From Candidatus Izemoplasmatales bacterium (GTDB lineage Bacteria; Bacillota_I; Bacilli_A; Izemoplasmatales; Hujiaoplasmataceae), in contig JBMNEZ010000001.1 of the NCBI GenBank assembly GCA_050949045.1, positions 928,001 to 992,000 on the forward strand: a stretch of DNA of 64,000 bases, read 5' to 3'. The notes under the pieces are model-generated. The model did not search any database, was not told the DNA's origin, and worked only from the letters and a program-made list of their open reading frames with translations. Within the stretch, counting starts at the first letter, position 1; each line of letters starts with the position of its first letter. Positions 49,645 to 64,000 of this stretch are shown here, one piece after another. The position numbers and the translations under genes are program-made.

Positions 49645-49673
49645 ATTATATCAAAGGACCAGAAGGAAGTCAA
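49645..49673 (-). promoter_or_regulatory. Sigma-A promoter upstream of the c-di-AMP riboswitch
   Basis: TTGACT-17 bp-TATAAT. Confidence 0.8.
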
Positions 49674-49914
49674 CGTCTTTTCCCCTAATATATACATATA
49701 TGTAGCCCAGCATATATGTATTTTTTTATTTTATTTTAACAGTAGTTGACTATACTATAAAATAAACATTGATGAGATCACAGACTATTTCATTTTTCCC
49801 TAACAGCATTTAATGACTGGTAATTTACTATTAGGCTACATTTATTAAAGTTTACAGTCCAAGCGTGATCAATCAAAAGAAAGGACGTGTTTTTATAATA
49901 ATGATCGAAGAAAA

Positions 49915-49960
49915 CAAAAAAAGTAGCCCTTTTTTATTAGGGCCTACTTTTAAGAGTGCG
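49915..49960 (+). repeat. Dispersed hairpin repeat, copy 2
   Basis: CAAAAAAAGTAGCCCTTTTTTATTAGGGCCTACTTTTAAGAGTGCG. Confidence 0.85.
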
Positions 49961-49993
49961 CTTCAATTGCTCAGTTACTTTTTTGCATGTGTT

Positions 49994-51187
49994 TTAATCG
50001 CTATAACCCCAGACTACTTCTTTCCCATCCGCTGGATACCAGTCGTCAGCCCAACCTGCCGGTTTTGAAGCTGCCCTGGCGTATACCTGCAATTCGGTAT
50101 TAGAGAAAGCTTCGGGCCCGATTTCAGTAACACTGAGCGGGATGACAATGTTTTTAAATCCTCCGCAATAATTGAATGCCTTTTTGCCTATGGAAACCAG
50201 ATTGGAACCGAGGGTGACTGAGGTCAACGATGTCCAGAAAAACGCACTTTCTCCGATTTCCAGCAGACTATCAGGCAAAACCAACTCGGTAATTTTAGAA
50301 TTGGCAAAAGCAGCTCTTCCAATATGTGTCAATCCTTCGGGGAACGTTACCGAAGCCAACTTCCAGCAAGCATAAAAAGTAAGAGGTTCAATCGTTGTGA
50401 TGCCCGAAGGAATCACGATGCTTGTAAGCCTTTTACAATAGGAAAACGCTTCTTCGCCAATGCTGGTCATTGAATCCGGCATAGTAATCGAAGTCATATA
50501 AGCACATTCATAAAATGCTGATTTGCCAATGACATTCACCGTTTGAGGTAATGTGACCGACTTTAGATTTTCCATATAATAGAAAGCATAATCGGCAATC
50601 GTCTTTACGCCATCAGAAATCGAAACCGTTTCAGGAACCGAAGCGCCAGATACATAACCGACAAACACGGTGCCATCATATCCATATATAATGTCGTCGC
50701 TGATTGTAAACGGACTTCCGGAAGCGAAGGTGATGTTTGGAATAGAACTCAGAGAAGTGCCGGCGATTTTAGTTACCGATGCGGGTATTGTGATTGAAGT
50801 CAGTGAATCACAACTGTCAAAAGCAGAATGCTCCAATTCTAATAACGAATTTGGCAGCGATACCGATGTGATGTAATCTCTATTGTAAAATCCACTTGTC
50901 TTGATCGAGGTTACAGGTTTGCCGTTATAAACAGGTGGAACAACGACCTCTGCGGCCGTACCTATATAATTGGAAACCCCATATGTCTGCCCGTCATCAT
51001 TCAAAAGATAATACAAACCTTCAGTGCCTACGATCGGTGCTTCTGTCGTTGTTTTCTTGCCTTTCTTCGTTGTTGTTTGTAATCCATCTCCTGTAGTGTC
51101 TTTGTTTGTTGTTACTGTTCCGCAAGCTAGTAGAAAACCAAATAATGCAAAAACAAAAACGAGTATTAGAGTCTTTCTTCTTGGCAT
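49994..51187 (-). CDS. BspA-type leucine-rich repeat (LRR_5) lipoprotein
   Basis: Lipobox LLAC, Thr-rich linker, repeated LTSITIP..VT.IG..AF..C units, terminal KPAGWADDW; ATG 51187. Confidence 0.9.
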   Translation of the reverse strand: MPRRKTLILVFVFALFGFLLACGTVTTNKDTTGDGLQTTTKKGKKTTTEAPIVGTEGLYYLLNDDGQTYGVSNYIGTAAEVVVPPVYNGKPVTSIKTSGFYNRDYITSVSLPNSLLELEHSAFDSCDSLTSITIPASVTKIAGTSLSSIPNITFASGSPFTISDDIIYGYDGTVFVGYVSGASVPETVSISDGVKTIADYAFYYMENLKSVTLPQTVNVIGKSAFYECAYMTSITMPDSMTSIGEEAFSYCKRLTSIVIPSGITTIEPLTFYACWKLASVTFPEGLTHIGRAAFANSKITELVLPDSLLEIGESAFFWTSLTSVTLGSNLVSIGKKAFNYCGGFKNIVIPLSVTEIGPEAFSNTELQVYARAASKPAGWADDWYPADGKEVVWGYSD

Positions 51188-52188
51188 AATAAGTTTTCCC
51201 CCTTTTATTATTTTTAATACCCACAATACCGCTAGATAATGTGGATAATCAACCTATTTTTGGACATATTAAGCTGTTGTTTTCCATTATATATCCAGTG
51301 CTTTCCCCGATCTTCCAGGCAATTGTAGTGATTGCCATCGTTTCGTTTATTGTCTCCAATCTAAAAAAGCAAGTTCGCAATATGGCTTATAAGTTTATTA
51401 AACGCAAAAAAAAACTGATAGGAAGAGGACAAGAGCGAGACTGCAAAAAAACCGCTTTTCGTTGATTCCGCTCTATCATATTGTCAATTGAAAGCAGGTT
51501 CATATGTTGTTGGTGTTTATTTTGGTGCCTATGTTTATAGCATATCATACATTTAATTAATGTAAACCGCTTGAACTATTTTTTATAATAATTTGATTAT
51601 TTGTTAATTAAAATAACTATTTATTAGCTGAATGTGAAGAAAAAAGCCCCCATTTCGCTATGAAATTGGGTTATATTGATATATATCTATACCAAAATTA
51701 CTTTTTTCATTTTTCTGACTACACACAAAAACTTGCTCATATCATATACAATTTGGCCAAGTCAGAAATCAGATTCTCAATTGAATTCGCCTAACATAGA
51801 TTCTATAATAATCTATCGCAATCAACGTTCTTGATTAGAGATTTAATGATCATACTGCTGAAATATATGATTTTCTTCTAATTCATTTGCTCTAAACCTA
51901 TACAGCGACATATCAACCAATTGAAATGTTTTGCCTCTAATTGCACCTTTGGCAGCCCCCAGCCGACCCCCATAAAAATTCATGGTCATAATTTAACTCA
52001 ATAATAAAAAGACAGTCTCCAAAAAAATACACTATCAAAAGATGTTAATTTGAATTATATTATCGTTTCATCTAGAAAAACCTATGCATTTATGGTATTA
52101 TGATTGATAAATGTTATATCCAAAAAATACTTAAATTTTTTTTGGTTATAATCATCAAATTTAAATTGATAGGAGAGAATGTAAAACG

Positions 52189-52605
52189 ATGAAAAAAATA
52201 TTCTTGATCTTCACAAGCGTTCTTTTTATGTTTGCCTTAGCCGGCTGTGTCAAACTTGATACAATCAAAGAGCGTTTCTCCGATGCAGAGTACACATATG
52301 CTGGTAACACAAGTGTCCTCATCTCTTCTTTGATGACCGGTTTTGAAGAAGAAGGCATTTCCGTCACATCTCATGTATTTACGTCTGGTTTGAAAACTGC
52401 CATTGTGCTCGAGTTTGATTCGACCAAAGAAATGAAGGCGGAATTAAAAGAAAACAACACTCTGATGGGCCTCATTGAGGATTTGGAGAAAAGCAAGATT
52501 GTCCAAAGCAATTTTCTGTTGATTCCGATTGCTTTATCCGATACTGATATCCAACAGATGATCGATATTTTTAATGGGGATTATAAGCCGGCTGCCAAAA
52601 AATAA
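52189..52605 (+). CDS. Small hypothetical lipoprotein
   Basis: MKK plus hydrophobic region plus LAGC lipobox; terminator follows at about 52623-52650. Confidence 0.8.
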   Translation: MKKIFLIFTSVLFMFALAGCVKLDTIKERFSDAEYTYAGNTSVLISSLMTGFEEEGISVTSHVFTSGLKTAIVLEFDSTKEMKAELKENNTLMGLIEDLEKSKIVQSNFLLIPIALSDTDIQQMIDIFNGDYKPAAKK

Positions 52606-52812
52606 TCTTTTCTGAAAACACAGAAGGCCTTCCTAAAGAAGGTCTTTTTACTGCAGACAAAGTATTCGATTTTCCCAAATCGAATACTTTTTTATTGAGT
52701 TTTTGCGAACTAGAGAAATCTCAAAAAACCAAAAATGGCAATGGAAAAATTGGTAAACATACATAAAAAAAGCCTGTCTCGGATGTATGAGATAGGCTTG
52801 ATTTAGAAAAAT

Positions 52813-52888
52813 TGGTAGCCCGTACGGGGTTCGAACCCGTGAATGCCGCCTTGAGAGGGCGGTGAGTTAACCGTTTCTCCAACGGGCC
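52813..52888 (-). tRNA. tRNA-Glu(CTC)
   Basis: GGCCCGT/ACGGGCT stem, anticodon arm CCGCC-CT-CTC-AA-GGCGG, CCA end. Confidence 0.96.
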
Positions 52889-52900
52889 ATCAAAGTCAGC

Positions 52901-54553
52901 CTACAAAAGGCTGATGGTATGATTGATTCTATCAACTATTTTATCATATCCGAGAATTTTTAGCACATAATAAAAGTTAGGCGTGTTTATTCTTGCGGAC
53001 ACGGCAATCCTGATGATCTCCGCAAAATCCCCGATATGCCCGAGATAGCGTCCGGGTTGTTGTTTGTATTCTTTTACCCTTGGTGCGAAGCCGCAGGCTT
53101 CGCCTGTTGCTTTCAGTTTGGCGAACCAAGCCTCCTCGGATAGATCAAGCCCGGGATCGGCGAGATATGCTCGCAATACACGCACGATCTCATCTTTACT
53201 AAAGCGCTCGTTGAAAGGCCTTGACGTTTTGATTTCCTCATAGAAACACTCATCGAACATAAAGTTGATTATCGGATAGATATCCGCGTATTTTTCATAA
53301 TCCTTTCGGGGTTTGTCGCCGCCTCTTTCGATATTTAAGATTTTCTTGAAATAATTGAAGTCTTTTTTGATCAAGGACGCAAAGGCGGGATGATATTCTT
53401 TCGCCCAGCCGAGTGCCTTTGTCGATATTTCCTCAGCGCTCATCCTGCCAAGGCATTCTTTGCTGATTGACTTGACCTTTTCGAGATCGAACAGGCCGCC
53501 ATCGAGCGTCATTTTCTGAAAACTGAGATCAAAGGCAAAGATATCGCTTGCTTGATTAGCCAGCCGCCACTCCTCGAAGTTGGTGTTGGCCATTGTCATC
53601 AAGTACTCAAGAAAGCCCTCGATCGGATAGCCTTGTTCAAGGAAATAGCTGACGGAGGCTTCGGGATCTTTGCGTTTTGAAAGCTTTCGCCGCTTGCCGT
53701 CTTCAAGTTTCATGATCACCGGCAAGTGGGCATAGACCGGATGCGTCCAGCCGATACTTTCAAACAATTGCAAATGGACCGGCAGGGATGCCATCCATTC
53801 TTCTCCTCTTGTGATATGCGTGGGCCTCATGAAATGATCATCCACAAGATGGGCGAAATGATAGGTCGGCAAGCCGTCAGATTTCATAATTACGATGTCC
53901 TGGACATTTTCGGGAAAACTGATCTCGCCCCGGATCGCATCGATCACCGATACGCGTCTGGTCTCTTCTCCAGGAGATTTGAATCTGATGACATAGGGTT
54001 TGCCTGAACGAATGGCGTCAAACACAATCTGAGGCGATCGATTTCTACATTTGGCATATTCACCGTAATACCCCGGATTCGCCTTGATTCGTTCTTGCTC
54101 TTTGCGGATCTCATCAAGTTCCTCATGAGTGCAAAAACAAGGATAGGCGAGCCCCTGTTCGATCAGGTGTTTGATGACGATGTCATAGATCCATTTGCGT
54201 TCGCTTTGGATATACGACCCATAGTCGCCGCCTTGAGTGAAACTTTCATCGGGAATGATGCCAAAAACACCGAGTTCGTCCAACAACTGTTCTTTCGAGC
54301 CTTGGATTTCCCGTTTTTGGTCGGTATCCTCAAGCCTGACGAAAAACACTCCCTGAGACTGTTTCGCAAACCGCCAAGATATTAGTGATGCGAACAAGGA
54401 GCCGGTATGCAAAAAACCGGTCGGCGAAGGAGCGAACCGCGTCACCATGGCTCCTTTAGGGAGAATTCTCTGAGGAAATCTCTGTTCAAGATCAACGATC
54501 GTAAGATCGACATCGGGAAAAATCAACTGGGCAAGCTCTTTTTGACTGATCAT
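52901..54553 (-). CDS. gltX: Glutamate--tRNA ligase (long form)
   Basis: TRFAPSPTGFLHTGS, RLEDTD, YPCFC, DGLPTYHFAH, RGEEW, KLSKR. Confidence 0.96.
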   Translation of the reverse strand: MISQKELAQLIFPDVDLTIVDLEQRFPQRILPKGAMVTRFAPSPTGFLHTGSLFASLISWRFAKQSQGVFFVRLEDTDQKREIQGSKEQLLDELGVFGIIPDESFTQGGDYGSYIQSERKWIYDIVIKHLIEQGLAYPCFCTHEELDEIRKEQERIKANPGYYGEYAKCRNRSPQIVFDAIRSGKPYVIRFKSPGEETRRVSVIDAIRGEISFPENVQDIVIMKSDGLPTYHFAHLVDDHFMRPTHITRGEEWMASLPVHLQLFESIGWTHPVYAHLPVIMKLEDGKRRKLSKRKDPEASVSYFLEQGYPIEGFLEYLMTMANTNFEEWRLANQASDIFAFDLSFQKMTLDGGLFDLEKVKSISKECLGRMSAEEISTKALGWAKEYHPAFASLIKKDFNYFKKILNIERGGDKPRKDYEKYADIYPIINFMFDECFYEEIKTSRPFNERFSKDEIVRVLRAYLADPGLDLSEEAWFAKLKATGEACGFAPRVKEYKQQPGRYLGHIGDFAEIIRIAVSARINTPNFYYVLKILGYDKIVDRINHTISLL

Positions 54554-54751
54554 GAAAATCCCAACTTTCTCTATGCAATATTCTACCACAACAATCGCAA
54601 TAATACTATTCTATAAATCGCGTGCAAGTTCTATAGATAAGCAGAAAATCTTCGACGCACGATGACATACTTAATAAACTCCTGCTTGTTTTCCAAAAGC
54701 ATTGTCTTTTTGTTGGCGATAGAGATGTTCGCTTCTTCAATTGCGAGAGAA

Positions 54752-55402
54752 TCAATCCTGTTTGTATTCCGCCTTTATGAGCGGGACAAAACGGCAGGCA
54801 CAAAGATTTGTCTTTGACAGTTTTCCTTCTTGTTTTTGAACCAATAACAACTCTTGAAAAAGAGTCCCGCCGCAAGGTATGACCATTAACCCGCCTTCTT
54901 TGAGTTGAGTGAGCAGTTCTTCAGGGATCTCACTCGTCGCCGCAGTCACGATGATCTTGTCAAAACAAGCATGTTCCTTCCAACCAACGCTTCCATCGCC
55001 AATCCTATAGGTGACATTGTCGATTCCAAGCCCTTCAAGCACCTCTTGGGCTCGCGTTTGCAATAAGGAAATTCTTTCGATGGTATAAACATGCTTACAA
55101 AGCAACGCGAGGATGGCCGTTTGGTATCCCGACCCCGTCCCGACCTCAAGGATGACATCTTCCGGAGTGATCGCCAAGGCTTCGGTCATCAAAGCCACGA
55201 TATAAGGTTGGGAAATGGTCTGCCCGATGCCAATCGACACCGGACTGTCCTCATATGCCCAGCCTTCATACCCCTTTGGCACAAACAACTCTCTCGGTAC
55301 TTTGAGAAAAGCATCGAGCACCTTGTCGGAGCTGATGTTTCTTCTTTTTAACTGATTATCCACCATCTGTCTTCTCATCTCGATGAAAGCTTTTTCCCTC
55401 AT
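54752..55402 (-). CDS. pcm: Protein-L-isoaspartate O-methyltransferase
   Basis: GQTISQPYIVA, LEVGTGSGYQTA, GDGS.GW, IIVTAA, FVPL. Confidence 0.95.
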   Translation of the reverse strand: MREKAFIEMRRQMVDNQLKRRNISSDKVLDAFLKVPRELFVPKGYEGWAYEDSPVSIGIGQTISQPYIVALMTEALAITPEDVILEVGTGSGYQTAILALLCKHVYTIERISLLQTRAQEVLEGLGIDNVTYRIGDGSVGWKEHACFDKIIVTAATSEIPEELLTQLKEGGLMVIPCGGTLFQELLLVQKQEGKLSKTNLCACRFVPLIKAEYKQD

Positions 55403-55485
55403 ATCGCCACCGCCAATCATTCATCTATATAGTTTATTATACAATTTGTGCCGGAAAATAAAAAGACAACCCTTTGGCTGTCTTC

Positions 55486-57585
55486 TCAAAAATCGGGATC
55501 GGGCACGAACACCAAAATATACTCCGTTGATAAAGAGCTTTCTACATATCCGGCCGCTTCGCAGCGATTCCTGATGGCATTTTGATTGTCTTCCCTAGTG
55601 TCAATGATAATGTAATCAAACACTTCGTCGGATGTCAGAATATTATAGTAAGTATAATCATAGAGAACTTCCCGATCGGCGAGATGGGCGGTCAGATAAC
55701 CGGTCGCGACGATTTTTGTGTCATCGGGAATCGAAGCTAGCGTTTGCCTCATCGAAATGAATCTTTCCGGATTCTCCTGATAAATTTTATAGCCATAGGC
55801 GGAACCGATGATGTACTTCGTTCCGAAAGTTACGGCCAGCGCCGCGCCGATGATTCCTAAAACCGCCATTGGCCTAATCTTTCCGAAAAGAGGCGGGAAT
55901 ATTTGTTGTTCGCGACTTGCGCTTTCAGCGAGTACCGCCATAAACAAAAGCAAGGCTCCGGTACCATAAAAATATTGAAACCCGAGTTCGTGCTGATAGA
56001 CATATGTGCTGGCGAGATTCATGATGATGACAGGCGCCGCCAACAAGAAAACGCTCAGATTGCGCTGAAACAAGGGCAGAAAGCCGACTGTCGCAAGCAA
56101 AGTCAGGATCAGTTTGATCTTGGGCGGTGAAAAGAACGTCGCAAAGAAATAAGAAGGGTTTTGGAACGCACTGATAATGATTCCCAACAAACCGAAATCC
56201 TTGTAGCCGTTGATATTGTCATATCGCCAGAACATCGCTCCCGCTCCGCTTGAATCAATGCGCTTTGTCACCAAGATAAAGTACACAACAGACGCTGCCG
56301 CGATCACGGTTCCATGAATAGCGTTCACGATCTTCGCTTTTACCGGTTTCTTTGAGATGAGATCACAAAAGATAAAATAGAGACCTATAAAAAAGGTATA
56401 CAGCCCCGAATCTTCCTTGACCATCAAGGTGAGCGCGGTGAAAACAAACAGCCAGAACGTCTTCCTCTTGATGCCAAAATAGATGACAAAAAGCAAAAGC
56501 GGCGCCAAAAAGCAATTCTCGTGCAAGTCATACATGCTGCTGGTGATGATCGCTGGACTGGCAATATACATGATTTGGATCAGCATCCGCATCAGTTTCC
56601 CGGTTTTGAGTTCCCTCATGATCAACGTCAAAGGGATCACTCCCGCTGCGGCGATCAAAACCTGGAGCACTTGCAAGGTCTCCGGTTCCGGAAAAGCCAT
56701 AAACGCCGGCAACATCAACCAATAGATGGGCGAAAAGTGGACATCGAGATGGCTGATCGCAACACTTCTTTCCAAGGTCGTTACCATTGTCCGCATATTC
56801 TTCATGCTGTAGAACATCTGGGTGAAAATCCCAAAATCGTACGTTGAGGCGATCATGCTCTTGACCCGGTAAGCCATGAATACCGAAAAGACAGTAACCT
56901 GCACTATTAATAGGATTCCGGGAATAACCCATGAAGCGATCAAAAAGCCGGACCGGATCTTCTTGTTCTCAAACCTCAAAAACACCAATCCCAGAAACAC
57001 CGCCAAAGCCGCGAGAGCGATGTACATGCCGATTTTCCAGATCTCTTCGATATCAGCGGAGAAAATCGGAGCGTCGCTGATCTTTGACCCATTATAGCCA
57101 AGATAAGGCTGATACGCTTGTCCGCCCTTTATGAAGATCCACACAAACAACGATAGAAACAACAAACCGATTCCAGCAACCATAAAATAATGGACGATTT
57201 TTTTTGCTTTGGTCGCCTCGCCGTCTTTGACAAAAAGCGAAATCAAGGCTGAATACGCGGCCGGCAGCGAGAAAATGAACGCTCCGATTGAAAGCGACTG
57301 AACCGGCGCCATGAAGGAAAACACCATCAGAAACACCATGAATGCTAGGCTCGTCGAGACGGTCATCATAGCCCCCCCGACCCTTAGTTGTATAAAAAAC
57401 ATGCCCGCCGCAAGCGCGATGAAACCCGGAATCAAATGTTTCAGTTCACTGAAACCGATCATTCGAAGATCATAGAAATTGCGTGACTCGGGAAAGACCA
57501 GCAGTGAAATCGCGCCAATTGCAAAAAAGGCGATGATGAGTGAACTCGCCAGATTGATGACGTAATGCTGGATGCTGACCTTCAT
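55486..57585 (-). CDS. DUF2079-type multi-pass membrane protein (GT-C glycosyltransferase-like)
   Basis: TYDFGIF.Q, SHLDVHFSPI, YDLHE, VKED motifs; many TM helices. Confidence 0.78.
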   Translation of the reverse strand: MKVSIQHYVINLASSLIIAFFAIGAISLLVFPESRNFYDLRMIGFSELKHLIPGFIALAAGMFFIQLRVGGAMMTVSTSLAFMVFLMVFSFMAPVQSLSIGAFIFSLPAAYSALISLFVKDGEATKAKKIVHYFMVAGIGLLFLSLFVWIFIKGGQAYQPYLGYNGSKISDAPIFSADIEEIWKIGMYIALAALAVFLGLVFLRFENKKIRSGFLIASWVIPGILLIVQVTVFSVFMAYRVKSMIASTYDFGIFTQMFYSMKNMRTMVTTLERSVAISHLDVHFSPIYWLMLPAFMAFPEPETLQVLQVLIAAAGVIPLTLIMRELKTGKLMRMLIQIMYIASPAIITSSMYDLHENCFLAPLLLFVIYFGIKRKTFWLFVFTALTLMVKEDSGLYTFFIGLYFIFCDLISKKPVKAKIVNAIHGTVIAAASVVYFILVTKRIDSSGAGAMFWRYDNINGYKDFGLLGIIISAFQNPSYFFATFFSPPKIKLILTLLATVGFLPLFQRNLSVFLLAAPVIIMNLASTYVYQHELGFQYFYGTGALLLFMAVLAESASREQQIFPPLFGKIRPMAVLGIIGAALAVTFGTKYIIGSAYGYKIYQENPERFISMRQTLASIPDDTKIVATGYLTAHLADREVLYDYTYYNILTSDEVFDYIIIDTREDNQNAIRNRCEAAGYVESSLSTEYILVFVPDPDF

Positions 57586-57810
57586 TTCGACCTCTTCTGG
57601 AATCTGAAATCTTTGGTTTTAAACAGTTTGATTATATCATCATTATAACCATTTGACAATTTTAAAGATGCCAATGTAAGATGAATGCCCAATCATTAAA
57701 ACATAGCGACTGCCAAAACAAAAATTATGGTGCCTATCGCCGGCCCTTCATTGACTGAAACGGCGGATTATGCTAATATTTAAGCGACATGATTATCTAG
57801 GCGGTGCCAT

Positions 57811-59085
57811 ATGTCCAAATCCCCCTATGAAACCGAATATCTGAAAATAATCAAGGAAGAACTCGTTCCCGCTCTTGGCTGTACCGAGCCGATAGCGGTT
57901 GCCTTCGCAGCCGCCAAATGCCGGGAATTGCTTGGATGCCTGCCGGACAAAGTGATCCTTGCCTGTAACGGCGGCCTAATCAAAAACATCAGTTGCGTCG
58001 TCGTTCCCAATACCGGGAACCTTGTCGGCATCGAAGCGAGCGCCCTTGCCGGAATCGTCGGTGGCGATTCCGAACTCGGCCTTGAAGTCCTGACAACATT
58101 GGCGCCTCACCATCTTCCCGAAATCAAAAGACTGCTTAAAGCATCTATATGTGAAGTCAGGCTTCTGGATACATCGCTAGCCCTTCATTTTACCGTCATG
58201 TGCCAAAAAAGCGATCAAAGCGCCGAAGTTGAAATCAAGAATCTACATACCAATATCACCACTATGAAAAAGAACGGAAAAGTCATCTTCAAAGCGAAAG
58301 AGGAAGAAGGAAAATACTATGGCGTCATGACAAATCGCAATATCCTGAGAGTGGACAAGATCATTGAGTTCGCCGAGTTGACCCCCATTTCGATTCTCAA
58401 AGACGTCTTCAGCGCTCAGGTCGAATATAATATGCAGGTCGCCACAGACGGCATCGAAAACGATTACGGTGTTTCAATAGGCAAGGCAATTTTGGAAAAC
58501 GACAAATCCCTTTTCGGAAAAATCAAAGCTTACAGCGCCGCCGCATCCGAGGCCAGAATGTGCGGTTCAATCTTGCCCGTCATCACCAACTCCGGTTCGG
58601 GAAACCAAGGCATAGCCGCGAGCGTTCCCGTCATCCTCTACGCAAGGGAAAAGGGCTTCCCTGAGGAAAAGATGTTCCGGGCGCTGGCAGTATCGAATCT
58701 TTTAACCATCTACCAAAAAAGCCACATCGGGAGACTATCTGCTTTTTGCGGAGCCGTCAGCGCCGCCTGCGGCGCCGGCGCAGCCATCACCTACCTTGAG
58801 GGTGGCGATATTGAGCAGATCAAGATGACCATCACCAACGCGCTCGCCAATGTCTCGGGGATCGTCTGCGATGGTGCCAAAAACTCTTGTTCATCAAAAA
58901 TCGCTTCCGGCCTTGAAGCCGCCTTCATTGGCCATTTTCTGGCAATGCGAAGACAATCGTTCAATCCCTTCTCGGGCGTCTTGAGAAAAGACGCCGATGA
59001 CACGATCTCTGCCGTTGGCAGGATCGCGACCGACGGCATGAAAGACACCGATAGGGTAATCCTCGAAATCATGTTGGAGAAATAA
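57811..59085 (+). CDS. L-cysteine desulfidase / serine dehydratase alpha family (UPF0597)
   Basis: PALGCTEP, ARMCG, SGSGNQG, RLSAFCG, CDGAK. Confidence 0.9.
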   Translation: MSKSPYETEYLKIIKEELVPALGCTEPIAVAFAAAKCRELLGCLPDKVILACNGGLIKNISCVVVPNTGNLVGIEASALAGIVGGDSELGLEVLTTLAPHHLPEIKRLLKASICEVRLLDTSLALHFTVMCQKSDQSAEVEIKNLHTNITTMKKNGKVIFKAKEEEGKYYGVMTNRNILRVDKIIEFAELTPISILKDVFSAQVEYNMQVATDGIENDYGVSIGKAILENDKSLFGKIKAYSAAASEARMCGSILPVITNSGSGNQGIAASVPVILYAREKGFPEEKMFRALAVSNLLTIYQKSHIGRLSAFCGAVSAACGAGAAITYLEGGDIEQIKMTITNALANVSGIVCDGAKNSCSSKIASGLEAAFIGHFLAMRRQSFNPFSGVLRKDADDTISAVGRIATDGMKDTDRVILEIMLEK

Positions 59086-59087
59086 AA

Positions 59088-59121
59088 ACAAAAACCGTGG
59101 AACTGATCCACGGTTTTTGTT
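59088..59121. terminator. Bidirectional terminator between the desulfidase and the rRNA/tRNA operon
   Basis: ACAAAAACCGTGGA-ACTGA-TCCACGGTTTTTGT. Confidence 0.85.
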
Positions 59122-59203
59122 TACACGAGTTTGCTACGCAAGTGATTCAAACATCATAAAAAAAGACCCATTCCTTAGGGGAACAGTTCTTCGCATGGGC
59201 CAA

Positions 59204-59279
59204 TGGTGACCTGTACGGGATTCGAACCCGTGAATGCATGCGTGAAAGGCATGTGAGTTAACCATTTCTCCAACAGGCC
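59204..59279 (-). tRNA. tRNA-Glu(TTC)
   Basis: GGCCTGT/ACAGGTC stem, anticodon arm CATGC-CT-TTC-AC-GCATG, CCA end. Confidence 0.96.
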
Positions 59280-59282
59280 GGG

Positions 59283-59359
59283 TGGCGCCCCAACTAGGAC
59301 TTGAACCTAGGACCCCATGATTAACAGTCATGTGCTCTAACCAACTGAGCTATTGAGGC
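59283..59359 (-). tRNA. tRNA-Asn(GTT)
   Basis: GCCTCAA/TTGGGGC stem, anticodon arm CATGA-CT-GTT-AA-TCATG, CCA end. Confidence 0.96.
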
Positions 59360-59377
59360 TATAAAATAAGAAAGCGG

Positions 59378-59486
59378 TCCGGCAGCGTCCTACTCTTGCA
59401 CTTAGGTACTACCATCGGCGCTGAAGTGCTTAACTGCTGTGTTCGGGATGGGAACAGGTGTGTCCACTTCGCCATCGTCACCGGAC
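59378..59486 (-). rRNA. rrf: 5S rRNA (short form)
   Basis: CACCTGTTCCCATCCCGAACACAGCAGTTAAG and AGAGTAGGACGCTGCCGG on the minus strand; ends approximate. Confidence 0.95.
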
Positions 59487-59529
59487 CATCTTTCAAAACT
59501 GGATATACTGCATTGCGTTGATCGCGTGC

Positions 59530-62372
<2,843 letters not shown>

Positions 62373-62517
62373 GCTGCAGTATTATCCACTTTTCAAAGAC
62401 CTTCTTACTTCATCAGAAAAACTTGTCCGTAAACAAGTCTCTCAAAACCGAACAGATCGACAATAGCTCCGCTGAGCTTCCCCCTCAGCTTGTTTTCTTC
62501 CTATCGGATTTCTCCCT

Positions 62518-64000
<1,483 letters not shown>

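Noticed and set aside
51241..51465. 74-aa plus-strand ORF with a hydrophobic stretch
   Set aside because: GTG start without a clear RBS, overlaps the likely upstream region of the divergent BspA gene, no recognisable family

Overview
Bacterial chromosome segment in the standard genetic code (TGA is used as stop). The rRNA sequences (short 5S of about 110 nt, 16S 3' end) and gene content suggest a free-living Mollicutes-related Bacillota lineage such as Izemoplasmatales/Acholeplasmatales; this is an inference. Most of the window is housekeeping or metabolic: pulA, cca, yhaM, rpsP-khpA, def, fprA, trkH/trkA, rplY, pntAB, gltX, pcm, six tRNAs and an rRNA operon cut by the right edge. The standout locus is 1-13.5 kb. 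A consensus sigma-A promoter drives a GEMM-I cyclic-dinucleotide riboswitch carrying the A20 variant (linked to 3',3'-cGAMP sensing) that overlaps a terminator. Downstream lie a SipW-type (TasA-like) secreted protein, a ~2430-aa beta-helical adhesin-like protein, and a membrane HAMP-degenerate GGDEF-EAL phosphodiesterase. A giant tandem PrsA/parvulin-like foldase is transcribed divergently. Also seen: a c-di-AMP riboswitch over an antiporter (broken by one in-frame TAG) plus a PII-like gene, an eetA/fmnB/eetB-like flavinylation trio, an AT-rich Fic islet with twin operators next to tRNA-Cys, two unnamed structured leaders, and several decayed IS-like remnants. No CRISPR array was seen.
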